From Patellaria atrata CBS 101060 (lineage: Eukaryota), in contig MU006090.1 of assembly GCA_010093705.1 (NCBI GenBank), positions 957,817 to 1,021,816 of the forward strand: 64,000 nt of DNA, given 5' to 3'. Positions 27,433 to 40,646 of this stretch are shown in pieces. Both the position numbers and the translations under genes were made by a program. The stretch's first letter is position 1. Every line of letters begins with the position of its first letter. The notes beneath the pieces are model-generated. The model did no database searches and was not told the origin of the DNA. It was given only the letters and a program-made list of their open reading frames with translations.

Positions 27433-29511
27433 AATTTTGTGCTAGGTGAAATTTTGGATGGAGGATGAAATTGACCGTTGCTAAGGCAGGTATGCCTTCT
27501 TTTTTGTTGGGAAACGGTACGGGTCAGTTGTCGGTGAGCAGTGGGTGTCAGAAGGAAAACCGAAAAATGGAAAATTTCCAATAATGCAACTCGGTCTTGC
27601 TCATCGGGTAACGCTGCAGCAAGAGGTTTAGTCCCTACCAGAGGCAAACAATGATGGTGATCGCATTTGGCCATGGGTACTGTACAGTGTGGTTCGCCAA
27701 GAGGAAATGCTTGTGGAAGAAGGAAAGAAAGGAAGGTAATTCTAGAAATTCTTGAGGGACTCAACAAAGCTGAAAGATGTCATCAACTAACATTCCATAT
27801 AATGTAAACACGTGCTATGTCGTTATCTTTTGGCTTCGTCTTAAATTGTCCTTGGTTCACCTACAAATGCAAATCTCTACCTATCATGGGTTACGAAATC
27901 GTGTTAGCTTTCTCGCCTGAGTGCGACTTGACACACCCTGGAATTTTACTTGAATATCATAATCGAAGATTCAAAAATGTATGGTCTTCCCGACTTTGTC
28001 CAACCCACCTCAACTCTTAGCATTGCAGAGGCTTTGAATTAGGATGTGCTTGGGCTTCTCCTATGATCAATTCATTCCAAACACCCACCTTTCCGCCACG
28101 AGCTTGCATCCGTGACGTAGGTAAAGACGAGTAAGCTTGGTACTGCACCTGTCAAGGAACACCTTCGACTGTTTTGCAGAGTACCATGGGATCCGCATTG
28201 AGAGGGTCAAAGCGTTGCGTCATGCAGTTTCCTGCCGTGTTCGATGTTCTTTCTCACCACTTCAATCTCCTCAGTGAGAGTCTGGAGAGGCGATCTCGCG
28301 GATCCGTAGTGAGATACATACCCCATGATGAAGAACTAAGCTGTCCACAGGCGAATCGACTGTTGAAATTGGATAGCGTTGAGGGAACAACTCCAAGCAC
28401 CGAACTGTCAAAGTTGGACGTTAAATTCACCTAGAAGCGCTCATTGAATGATACTATATACATAGTACAAGTTGTCATCCGGGCGCCGGGAACATGGAGA
28501 ACTTCCCTACTATCAGGTTGCATCAGCTCGACTCGATGGTAAAGAACGGAGTTTGAAAAGGTTAAGTATTACCAGTACCGGGAATGGGTATACACGTCCT
28601 TATGATGCGCAATATCATCGCGTTGACTGTCGATATTGCGCAAAGGTTCCCTCATCGGCGCTGAGAATGCAATAGATCAATAGAAGATCTGGCGCATCTC
28701 TCAATAGTTCGCCTTAAACATTGTACCGTAACTCATCAGGCTCATCGTGCATCCGGGAGCCTCTCGCCTTGGGGTAGAAAACATCGTTTAAGTGCACAAC
28801 ATTACTTCTGGCAGAGGTGTAGGCGAAGAACCCTTTTCATGATTCCATAGATGTACCGCAAAGACAAACTTGATGATAGGTGATGCGGTCGCAGAAGAAC
28901 AATTGACTGAAAAGATGTTTACGGTTGGGAGATCGGGGTAACCAGTGCCAGCCGATATGGTTACGGCCACATTTCAATGGAGGCACGTGCATCCAAGCTA
29001 GCGTAACGCGACGTCGCTCGCGTCTCCCGTTCACTCTTCTACTGTAGAAACTGAACTTCATACTCCTTATTCTAAAATTTTATATCGCACATGAATCTTA
29101 AAGATTTTCTACGCAGATTTTGGATAACTATGTCGATATCCTTTTTTACTAATGGTTAAGCAACATAACCTAAATTATTACGCCCTTTTGAGAACATTTC
29201 AAGGATATTTTCATGCTAAGATCTCGGATACCTATGGCTCGTACCTTACGCTGCTACGGAAGATTAGTCATTCCTCTCCCATCCTCTCTCATCACTAGCA
29301 ATCGGATGCTTCTGCAAGCGCTTCACTACCTACACGTGCGACTGTGCCGCACAAGTGGAAACACAACTTTGGCAATGTCACGATCTTCCCTTATTCACCA
29401 GTACCTCTACGACTATCACGATACCAATGTCACCTGAACACATCGTTATTACGGCATAAAGATATCCAAGTATCTCCGCCTTAATCTCTTTCATAGGGCG
29501 GACCTGACATT

Positions 29512-30422
29512 ATGGACTCAGCTAAGACAACACGACCACCACCAGTCGTGATCCACCCAACTTCAGCGCATTCCCATACCTTTATTCTTCTTCACGGTTT
29601 GGGCAATATTGGGGACAAATTCGGGCGCGAATGGCTCGAATCTGGCATATCTTCTGAAGGGAAGAGGTTTACCGAGCTGTTCCCAGGTATGAATCAGGAA
29701 TATCTTCTGTTCGCAAGAAATTAACCGTAGTACTTCTAGGCGCGAAATTCGTATTTCCCACTGCAAAATAGCGACGGTCATCCGCGTTTAGTAGAACGAG
29801 GTTAACACAGTGGTTCGATATATACCGTCTTGAGGACCCCTCACAGCCCAGAGAAGTACAGCTAGAAGGCTTCGCAGAGTCAGCAAACTATATTCGGAAC
29901 ATTATAGATCAAGAGCTGGACCTATTGCCTCCCGGAAAAATCATATTAGGTGGATTAAGTCAAGGGTGCGCTATGAGCCTCATGGTCCTACTGAGTTTAG
30001 AGTTCCCTATTGGTGGCTACGTCGGTATGAGCGGATGGCTCCCATTTCGCAGCGATATTGATGATATAATGGGAAGTGGAGATACGTACGATGGATCCAT
30101 CTCATTCGGCGATGAAGATGGGAATGGAGGGGAGGGCGCCTCGACACAGGTCCTCCGTTTCGTTCGGGATGTTCTCTCTTTAGAGGAATTCGGTCTAGGA
30201 TCTGTAGCGGCCAAGACCTGCGTAGAGACCCCAATATTCCTCGGACATGGAGCAAAAGATGAAAAGGTCGGGTGTTACTTAGGTGAAGAAGCCGCTCGCA
30301 CTCTTCGTTCCCTGAACATTAACGTTACGTGGAAATATTATCCCGAGTTAGGACATTGGTACCAGATCCCTGATGAAATCGACGACATCGTAAGTTTCCT
30401 ACATGAGGTTGCAAGAATATAA
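29512..30422 (+). pseudogene. Phospholipase/carboxylesterase (acyl-protein-thioesterase-like) with one in-frame TAG at 29769-29771
   Basis: HTFILLHGLG, intron ~29687-29739, then GAKFVFPTAK*RRSSAF..TQWFD in frame with GGLSQG, GHGAKDEKV and LGHW. The catalytic triad is intact. Confidence 0.8.
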
Positions 30423-30760
30423 CGGAAACGCTCTTAAACCAATGTCTTCACGCTAAGGTTATTGCGTAAAGTTGTGATATATTCACTTGTTTCGAATACC
30501 GTATGAACTATTTTCCTAGGTGAATGTTTTATCAGTAAAACCAAATCTGTTCGAATTATTTTTCCTATGACATCAGGCCCTTCCATTAAACGGGTCTTTC
30601 CGCTCAAGTGTTCTATGCCTTGATATGACCAATTCAATAGTGGAGAGACTCTTACACAGCTCTTTACCAAGTGCTTGACTCTTGCTACAGACTCCCAAGC
30701 GCTTCTAACGCCTTACATACGTATGAGTAGAAAAGTCCTCGAGTAGTCAGAGCCAAAAGC

Positions 30761-31512
30761 TCACCATACTATAGTCCTGACATTCAACATCACAGACAGT
30801 TCAGCGTAATAAGGGTCCAAGATCTTATCTATAGTACGCTCCTTTATCCAACTTTCGACCCAGTCAGGCATGTAAAGTGCTTTCACGTATTCCCAATACT
30901 CTGGATAATAGCCAGCCATTTCCCAGTCTAAACTGGGACCACTTTACTGCCCCGAACTATTATATTCCTGGGACTAAAGTCCCCATGAGTCAATACAATT
31001 TGGTGACCTTTCAGAGTATTGACAACTATGTCACAGACAGTATTGATATATCCGCCGTTTCTCGACCCATTGATGGTAGTTGCAATACCTTTAGTGAAAG
31101 ACGCCTCGTCTTTATATGGTCCATAGCCGCCAAGGTTGTCCGTGAAAGCTGATCTTCGCAAGCTGTGCCGTCGACAGATCCAATAAAGGTAAAAGAAGTC
31201 GCGAAACTGTTCAATGACTGCTGCCTTCTGGTTGTCATCGAAATCTTTCCAGGCGTCTGCCAAGCAGTCGCCTTCCACAAACTCCATAACAATCCCGGGA
31301 TGACCGGTGTCCGGGTCGGTGTATACATTGTATACTTCGGGTACCGGGATTGAGGTCTTTTCCCGAACTAGTTTCATTGCTTCGGCCTCAGCAAATCGAA
31401 CGACATCATCGGTCTTGACTACAGTCTTCGCGTCAAGCTTATAGGCTGGAGTAAACCTTCCAAACCTCCTGGTTTTGGTAAGTTCCTTTTGCGTTATAAC
31501 TCTTTCATCCAT
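30761..31512 (-). pseudogene. Frameshifted aminoglycoside phosphotransferase / choline-kinase-like gene
   Basis: EAEAMKLVREKTSIPVPEVY, IVMEFVEG, FIGSVDG (other frame), LTHGDFSPRNII, then after a frameshift LDWEMAGYYPEYWEY..TIVW*. Confidence 0.82.
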
Positions 31513-32699
31513 GATGTCGTAAGTTATAATTCAGTGTCAGACCGAAGAAAACGAAGTTCTATGCTGTGGATCGGAGCAGAGTTTTAAACTAGTACGTATA
31601 ATTTGTCATACTGTAGTGGCGCGGAAAGGTAGCCGAATCGGCCCGTAGGTTCCGTCCAAGGCCGGAAAAGGACCGGATAGTAGGGAAATTGACAGTGGAG
31701 TCCAAAACACCGATAGACCACCAAGATTCCCGACAGGATCTGGTTCTCCGTTCCGGATTTCAAAGCAGCAATGAACGCGAGGTTTTAATATCTCTTTGAA
31801 ACAGAACAGAATATTTTTAGAATTACAATATGATCCTACAGGATCTCCAGCCAGTCAGCGATTAGCCATCTCTCATGGAGCTTTTCGAATATACTAGAAC
31901 TTGAAAATTTCAACGTCATTTCGATAGATTTGATAAATAGGTCACATAGATATGATAAGGGTTTACCAACGTAGATAACTCTTCGCCTTTCAAGAAGGTG
32001 CGAAAGCGTATCTTGATAGAGCTTTTGAGGTCGGATATTAACCCGCTATTTATTTTCAAAACATCAGAGGGAGTATTATTGTAGACAAAGGGGTACTGGC
32101 CGTCAAGCTTGTAGGTGCCAAACTAACTCCGAGAGACTGATAAAGGACATATTCAACTTTAGACCTATAATAAGAGCAAGCAGATCCCCCCGATCTCTTG
32201 ATGTCGCAAGGCAAGTCTCATTCACGAGATGTTCACTTATCGAGTCAAGTGTGTACTCTTCTTTCAAGGGATGAGATGGTCAATACGCTCAGCTGAGTGG
32301 GAAGCTTAACATATTCATCTACGAAGCATTAAAAGCAACAGCGATAGCTGATCTTGATGTCGGAGTCAATTTGCTTCCAATCGAGAAAAGGGTATGGAAA
32401 TACGGCGCGGGAGATATTGAGCTGGAATTCCTCTGCTCTTCATGCGGCAAATATTGAATATCAACCTTGGGTAATTAGATGATGTTGAGACAATGTTGTT
32501 TTGAGCTAACTAGCTTGCTTCTTCTTGCGTTGAACTTTCTTCTCCGTCCCATTACTCGGTTTACTTATTGTGCTAAGTTTTTCTAGGTACTAAATTTGAT
32601 ATTAGGGATTTATTTATTTCTGTCTATTAGCGAGATAAACTACCACCTGTAGCTCTTCAGGAATAGATGTCTGTCCGGGAGCTGCTTCATTGTGGCCAA

Positions 32700-33355
32700 C
32701 CAATACAGTCACGCCCTCACCATAGGATATCTTAGACAGTTACCCCAGACATCGAGAAGTGTCCTAGTGTCTGAACGATATAAAGACGAAATAGGACAGA
32801 GGATCCTTTCTAGTCAAGAAGGTACACAGAATCGTTCTCATCCTGCCACGGCATATTTCTTAGAACCATATCGTGATGACGCAAAACTAGGCTGTATTTG
32901 TTGAAGATTGGGATGAGGTCCTTATCACATACTCTTTCGTTGAACTATTTTGTCATCTCTTCGAGATTATTGCAAAGAATACCTTCATCCGGGGGTGGAC
33001 AGGAGTCGAGCGGTCGCTACCACTTAAATTTCCAGGAAACTCTCTAAATATAGTGTGGAAATGTGATAGAATCCTCGCAATCTTCCGGTAATGATTATCG
33101 CCTCGGTTCTGGATGAGCTGGCCTTTTACAAATTCCATGACGAGATACCCGCAATTTCCGTCAATAAAGAAGTCGAATACCTTGGGAACACGCAGAGAAG
33201 AGCACACCTCTGGTTCTCTGGTTCGCTGCTTCGACCTCTATAATTGCCGCTGCACCGAGTTTGACCACAATCTCTCCTGAGATTCTAACCACATTATACA
33301 CATACGGTATCCTTGAAAGCACTTGCGATGGTGAAGCATTCGCACATATAGACAC
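32700..33355 (-). pseudogene. Second decayed APH/kinase-like gene
   Basis: VVRISGEIVVKLG, LRVPKVFDFF, YLVMEFVKG, then LVLRHHDMVLRNM..YLLD* across frameshifts; TAG 32810-32812 falls where DW is expected. Confidence 0.65.
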
Positions 33356-33735
33356 AATACGTCAATTGAGGGCGAGGAACAAAGCACCGAACCTAACAAA
33401 TGTTAAGGTACCAGTACAGTAAGCCCAGATAGTTCAAAGTACGTTCAAGGGTAGTACAGTCCAAGCGGAAAGCCTCAGGGTCGTGCGAGCATAGCGCAAA
33501 CTAACACCCTCCCTTACGGATCCTCCCTCCAATTTCTCATCCATTTTCTCACCCAGTTCTTTTTTCCCTACGCGTAGGCTCCCTACTATACTAAGGTAGT
33601 AATCGATAATAACCATCTATCGTGGACTACCAGCTATCAAAGTCCTTTCTCACATTCCCTTCCATCCAGATCGATTGAATTTCCGTCTATAACCCTCTAA
33701 TCACCGACCGATTCGACGGCCTAGTATTCCGAAGC

Positions 33736-34527
33736 ATGACAGCTCAAGCGCTGCCAATAAAGTCTACTCGAGATCTATGGCCCCTTTCCGAAGTGTACAC
33801 TGAAGAAGATGACGAAGATGGCAATCCGAAATTCCTGTTCTCAACGTTTGGCTTCATCACTGAGGATCATGTTGCCTACTTCGGCGAGTCGAAACTCAGG
33901 AAGTTCCAATTAACTCAGAAAGATATCATAGAAGCTCTCAAACTTCTTCCGGACGAAGATGTGTACCCTGTGGCCCCCCCAAATATTACCGTCTTTTCAA
34001 CACCATTGAACAGTAGTGTCTTTATGAAAGGCCCAGGTCTTAACACAGTTTTTACGGGTACGGGCGTATTGCCGAAGCTCATTTTACAGGAAGTTGAGAT
34101 TATGGAGCTGCTCACACGTAACCCACATCCGCACATCGTCCGTTATCATGGTTGCTTGATCCGACGTAGTCGTATTGTTGGCCTTGTCTTTGATCGATAC
34201 CCTGACACGCTATGGCATCGATTAGAGAAGGGTGCGCAAGGTTTCAATATTGAAGATTGCATGAGCAAGATAACGTCTGCGGTTCACCATCTTCATTCAC
34301 TAGGACTGGCGCACAATGATCTCATGCCATCAAACATTATGGTCGACGGAGATGATATTCCTGTCGTCATCGATTATGGTTCTTGCCAACCTTTTGGGAA
34401 CCTACTTATCTCAACGGGCACGCCAGGGTGGGTCGATGAATATTTTACGCATTCAGCGCAGAAGAATGATGAAATTGCCCTTGGTAAGATCCGCATTTGG
34501 CTTGAATCGAAAAGGGGACAAGATTAG
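33736..34527 (+). CDS. Small fungal Ser/Thr protein-kinase-like protein (atypical, intronless)
   Basis: VFMKGP, LQEVEIMELL, HPHIVRYHGC, LAHNDLMPSNIM, IDYGSCQPFG, GTPGW. Confidence 0.85.
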   Translation: MTAQALPIKSTRDLWPLSEVYTEEDDEDGNPKFLFSTFGFITEDHVAYFGESKLRKFQLTQKDIIEALKLLPDEDVYPVAPPNITVFSTPLNSSVFMKGPGLNTVFTGTGVLPKLILQEVEIMELLTRNPHPHIVRYHGCLIRRSRIVGLVFDRYPDTLWHRLEKGAQGFNIEDCMSKITSAVHHLHSLGLAHNDLMPSNIMVDGDDIPVVIDYGSCQPFGNLLISTGTPGWVDEYFTHSAQKNDEIALGKIRIWLESKRGQD

Positions 34528-36265
34528 GAGAAGAGTTGGAGCGTAGAGTTATTGAAAAACTTTCTTATGTGACTGTAACGTTATGTTCACCCATCTGTCT
34601 CATTCGGCGTGTAAACGTATCCACTACTCTGCATCAAATCTTCCAATAACTGCTCCATCTCGCGCGTCGTTTACCTAAGACGAGGTCCTTGGATTTGGTG
34701 GTGGCCTGTAGTACTCAGAGAGTACACAGTCTGTGCTTCCACAGTCCACTTTCTGTCTCCTTCTTTGAATTCGTGTTCCCCCTGGGGCGTTGGGATCGGG
34801 CGTGATCAACATCTCCGTCCGAAATAAGCACCTTATCCAGTGTTAGACGTGACGCATCAAAAGGAAGCCGATCCACTCACATATTTAATGATCAAGCAAT
34901 AGATAGGTTAAGAAAACGGCTGTGGTTGTCCTTTGAATAGAATTGCCTCTGAAAACTGAGCAGGCAGCCGTCAAGGTGAGGGGAGAGATCAGGATATTGA
35001 AGGGGGGAACGCAGGGATATGTCAAGGAGGGGGGAGTTGAGGATATTGTAGAGAGGAACACAGACAGTACTGGGTTTTATGTCTCCCTTCTGTCTTCTAC
35101 CCCTCTGTTCACCTTACTTATCCAGGACCCTCAAGTGGTCTCGTTTATTCGTCTCGCATTGCCTAACAGGACGAGTATGTGCCTACATTACTGTAAAGCA
35201 GTTGCATGTCCGTACATCGCAACGGGCCGCAATTAGTGGCTATTCTTGGGAGCATGACCGAATGGACCACATTGTACCGTCCTTTACCTGCGTTATGAGT
35301 CGTCACTTTGTCATCACATGCATAGTATGAGATAGCAAAAGACTTGAGATGTGATGCAACCTGGAAGTATTAAAAACAGCAACTGCGGGGCTGCTGATGC
35401 ATTTCCTGTTAGAATTGGCGCACGGCAACTAATACTGCACTTGTATCCGGCATAACTACCGTACATACCACACTACTGTATCCTTTGAAGGCCTGAAGAT
35501 GCCACCGCAGAGATTAACAGTACTAAATGTGGGATGTCTTAAGCCGCTTTCCCAGTTCGTGCACCGGATCTTCGTCTTGCCAAAAGCCCTGAGAACAACG
35601 ACATGACTAGAGAACATAGGAAATTTTCAAGGTCGATAGGTGATAAAATTGTTAAAAACACCAAAATATTGATTGGAACACGATCTCTGACCGACTGCTG
35701 ATCTCTGTGGTAACATCATCTTCAAGCCCTTAAAGAATATCACGGATAAGCGGGCCTCCTCGTTTTTATTTTCCAACCTTCCGTTTCTTTAAGAGTAAAT
35801 AGATTTCCTTTATCGTATTAAAGAAAACCGTACCTAATGACGGGAAGCACCTTAAGACGTTGTCGCTACGGGAAGGATCACGCTATCTGCGGTATGCAGT
35901 AGTGTGCTGTCCTTGTACTACCCAAGTAGTTCTAGTGCTACCCGATGACACGTACCCGGTACCCTAGCAAGGTCATGACTAAGGTATTTTGGTACGTGCA
36001 TTAGATCTTCCTCTGACGTGGAGAGAATAGAGATGCGTCTAGAGAGACTAAGGACTGACCTAGAAAAGACTAGGCTAAATAGGTGACAAGTCATTGAAAC
36101 AACAAACAATGAGGCCTGGTCGAGTGTACTATAATAGTTTTGCCACCAAGCTTTTGGCAGCGTCTTAAGGCTTTGAAGGGATACAGAATGAAAAGACATC
36201 GAAAGCGCCCTTCTGTTGAGCTTGATATAAGACCCGCTGCAATTTACATTTGAGCAATCGAGCAT

Positions 36266-38372
36266 GTTCATCCTTGCATCTTTGTCTCTAGTCTCTGTCT
36301 CCTGGCAAAAGTTTTTAACATGGCCGCAGTACAGGCTGGGATCAGTCCTAACCCTGTACCGGTAGCCCATGTCGAAGATCGTTTAGCACTTCATCCTGAT
36401 GACACGCCCTGGAACCAGGTAGGCTATGGGAATAGTACTGTGTGCTCAAGGCTTACCGTCTAGATCACACCATCGCGGACGATAGTATACCACGACTGTT
36501 TTGATGGCCTTAAATGCCCGCGTTTGCTCCTACCCTTGGATTGGAGTCATGGTGAGCCAAATGGACCAGAAATTGCCGTCGCAGTGATAAGGCGACCCGC
36601 AAAGGTGGATGTCACCGATTCAAGGTACGGCGGGGCAGTTATTGTGAATCCTAGTGAGTAGGACTATTTTTAAGATAGGAGTATCTAATCCATGTAGGTG
36701 GACCGGCTGCATCTGGCGTCCATACCCTTCTCCAAATCGGTGACCGCTTTCAAAATATTGTTGAAGCTGATACCGATCCAAAATTTGACCTACACGCCAC
36801 GACATCTGATGATCACTATTTCGACACCATCAGCTTTGACCCGCGGGAAGTAAACCATACTCTACCGCAGTTGGACTGCTTCTCAAATACATTCAGCCGG
36901 CTTGTCTGGTCTCTTGGAGCTGATGCTGAGGGATTTATTAGTAATTTCAATCCCGCCTTTGATATTAAATGGAGCCGGTATCTATCGCGCTCTGCTACGT
37001 ATATGAAGTGCATTAAAGCGTATGGAAACGAAAGCATCGCATACTATATAGACACAAGGTCCGTGATAGATAATATCATGGCTATTGCTGAACGACATGG
37101 ACAGTGGTGGGAAGCAGAGGCTCGGAAGATTCTTCAGGAAATGCAGCGGTTTCTCCCATGGCTCGAATGTCAACGCATACCTGCCAACACAGAATGGCGC
37201 CGTCAAAATGAAGAAGTGCTTTTCTGGGGTACTTCCTATGGCACCATTCTGGGTTCTGTTCCCGCTGTTCTTCTTCAACGCCTCCTTAGGCGACAGCATG
37301 GTTCATGCTGATAAGATACTCGCTCGGTTTGTGCATCTCTTCCACAAACATAGCCCTCAGAACTGTAAGTTCTATCGTAAATCAGAAGCAGCAATACCCG
37401 GGATATGGATACTTTGACTTCGAGATTAAAATCTGCTCCTCTTGCAGTACCGGCATCCTCATACAGAGGGCCTGACTCGATCAAATAAACGGACATGAAG
37501 AGGTTGATATGCCAGTCTCTGTACAAGCCTCACGATTCATTTCCAATGCTTGCAGAAATCCTACACAATTCGTTCGATGGGAACGGATCTAGCTTTACGG
37601 ATTATAAAGCAGCAATCAAGTCCGTTTCAGTAGCTGATGCTCCAGACGGGTTATACAGTCTTTCACCAAGATGCAAGGCAGAGAGGCCTTACAGCCCAGC
37701 TTTTAGTCGACCGAATGAATGGATTGAAGAAAGCCTCCTAGGAGTCTCTTGCAGCGATGGATGATTGAGTGGGGATATGACTAAAGAAGAGTTCAGAACT
37801 TACTGGTACTCAGTGAGAAACCAAAGTAGTGCGTTCGGAGATATTTGGGCGGAATGGGATTTGATGTGCGTAGGCTGGAACGCGAAAACTAAGTGGAAAT
37901 TCGACGGTAAGCTCAAGGCCAAGATCGAAATTACATCCCTTTAGAGCGCGTGATTGAAACAATATAAGTCCGTTCTTAGGTGATTCAGCTCACCCTATAT
38001 TGCTCGTTGGCAACAGCATGGATCCTGTGTGCCAAATTGAAAAGTATGTCGTCACATCTCCGCCGTATCAAAGAGCCCTAACCAAAGCATCTAGTGCCTA
38101 CCGGCTTGCCTCAAACTTTTCTGGCTCGGCTGTATTAGAGTAGGATAACATTGGCGTAAGTCAAGCTACAATTTTCGTTCCCCCGTTACTTATCTGGAAG
38201 GGAGCATGGCATCTTGAATACGAAATCGGTTTGCACCGAGAAAGCTATCAGGGCTTACTTCTTGAGCGGGGAGCTTCCAGAATCGAAAATTAGGTGTCCG
38301 GTCGAGAGGGTGCCTTTTGAGAAGATATCCGAGAGCACTAAAGGGGGGTTGAGACCCTTTAGGTCACCGTAA
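36266..38372 (+). pseudogene. Decayed TAP-like alpha/beta-hydrolase (tripeptidyl aminopeptidase / proteinase family)
   Basis: YHDCFDGLKCPRLLLPLDW, IAVAVIRRPAKV..YGGAVIVNP, ISFDPR, FWGTSYGTILG (nucleophile elbow), VSCSDG*, PILLVGNSMDPV, GSAVLE*D, SVCTEKAIRAYFLSGELP; several stops and frameshifts. Boundaries approximate. Confidence 0.8.
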
Positions 38373-38494
38373 AGTTATATTTATTCTTCCTTCAACTTCG
38401 ACCTTTTTAGTTATAAAGATTATCTGTGGAATGCAATCTATCTAGAAGCCACCATTCGATATCGAAGTTGAAGGAAGAATAAATATGCCTTTAC
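38369..38494. repeat. Inverted repeat (perfect 25 bp, 33 bp with 2 mismatches) around a 60-bp spacer; MITE-like or hairpin
   Basis: ATATTTATTCTTCCTTCAACTTCGA (38377-38401) is the reverse complement of 38462-38486; it extends outward with GTAAAG / CTTTAC. Confidence 0.9.
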
Positions 38495-40646
38495 TTAGAA
38501 TATACCGGCAAAGATTCAAAACATTCTGATTCATCCTTAACAAGAGTAAATCGGCTTTTGTATCCTTTGCTTTCGGTCGGCTCTTCTCTTAGAGTACATG
38601 TCATAAACTGGAAAAAATCATTTTAGTTTTGGTTTAAAGATATCATATATGGGGACGTTTTGTCCCGATAGTATCATTTTACTATAAACCTACCTTTCAA
38701 TACTTAGAGAAGAGAGAATCTCAGATCACAGTGAGCAACTGAGGTCTGCAGATCGTTTTGGTGCGCTATGAGTTGTGTAGTGCGTGGGGAAAAGAAATCT
38801 GTGTTCGTCATGAAATCAGTTTCACATACTCTCTTCGAGGTAAGAATGATGGACTAGAAGTATAAGTGACACGTCAAGGCTGATAATGACCTATTTCGAT
38901 GGCTATAGGAGCCTTAGGAGAAGTGTAGTGTTTAGCGGCAGCTTTGAGTAGACGTTCAGGTTCCGAAATATGGGGTGTTGCTTGAGATTAGTGGAGAGCG
39001 GGAAATTTCCTGCACGGAATATCAAAGTGAAACAGCAGATTGGCCTCCTGTAGCTTTCACCTCCGTTTGAAAGATCGTGTCCTTTTCCTCCTTTAAGGGG
39101 CATATAGATCTAGGACGTGACTTATGTTCTAAAAGTTAGAAGGGGAAGAGGTCATGTTAAACCTCGCCTAGAGCCACTTAGCGAAGGTAGACGCACATAA
39201 CCGCCCCTTGCGCCGTAAAGTGGCTAGTGCTTTCTGTAGCCTATTCTGGGCAGTTTTCTCAACGTCAACATCGCCATTTTCATCAGACCTCCAAATCCCG
39301 CTTCTTCCCTCCAAAGTCAGGGACCCATCAAACCGTAGGCATTCTTCATACACTGTGAAGAAAGGTGCTAATTGTGCACGAATTGTGTAGTATACTATTA
39401 CTTGATGGTTTAAACCACGACTGATACCGTACAACGGCTACAGTCCCCTGTATGCATTATGTCAATACGGTAACAGCACAGGATTCTAGCCCCGCTTTAT
39501 GAAGCTGTACCGAAATGGGCAGATCTCCGTTTAAGTCTACACGATCTTAACACTGCGAATGAACCGATTGGTTGGAGACGAATTAGTCGTCTTCTAGTCT
39601 GCTACTTTAACTCGAGCTTCTAGGGTTGCAGGATAGGAGTGGCGGAAGAGTCTGGATGAACAGACTGAAATAGAAGGGATGGTCCTACTTTTGTATTGAG
39701 ATCTTATAATGTTTAGAACTTGTGAACCGTACCGGACGCATCACATTCTACAAGAAGTTGTACAGTGACCTCAGGAATCGTCATTGCATTTGGTTAATCA
39801 TGTGGCCGTAAAGCTGAGCGTCGGCTTTTTTGTTTGGCTGATACTTCTCAATGACTTGTTTTAGAGTCAATTTGTTCTCGTGCCTCGCTTCCACATTCAA
39901 TTGCTTTCATCTATCTTCCCTTTTGAGATCTCCATACTTTTTCATATTCGTTTGACCCGTAACGGCTTCGTTGCTTTCTTTTCTGATCTTCTCCCTCCTT
40001 GCGGATTGTCTCCTTTTTTGACCAGGAATAGTCCCTACGTGGTAAAGATGTTGTCTAGAGGGAAGATATGATCCTTTCTCAACCCGAGTCGTTCTATCTC
40101 ATAGTGGGATCTTTGGCGTGTACTTTTCAAATACTTATCCGGCAGATTATTCGTAATTTAGCACTGAAAAGTTTTCCTTTCACTTGTTACCCAGGGTGAG
40201 GGTTTCGTCTCGACTAGATACCTGGAGTATAACTGCCAAAGACCATTTGATATATAAGACGTAAAAGGTTACCCCGCATCTCTAGGATGCGACGTTCAAT
40301 AATGCGTTCTTTCGTCTAGGATTGCTATTTTTCTTTGAAAATCTGACTGGGAAACCATAACTTACCATAATACATGGGTATAGCGTCATGTAAATTGTTT
40401 TTCCGCCAAACGCAACTCTTCACGGGTAACAACTTTTTATTAGCCTTGAGTTGCGTACATAAGGAATAAGTTATTCCGTGGACGGGTCCCTAGTCATATC
40501 ATGTCGAGTAAGTAGATTTTTAGTTTCTTTCACGGAACCGTTCGGTCCGTTGCGCTGTCGTGATCTCCACCTTGAGTCTATATCACAGTGGGCGTCTCGC
40601 CCATGAAGCAGTTGTTTTCCACGAGTCTAACATCGATTTTTGCAAA

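Noticed and set aside
27800..29100. Coding-like fragments (also at 32050-32460, 39170-39430 and 46000-46700)
   Set aside because: Possibly further pseudogene relics, but I recognise no family motif.
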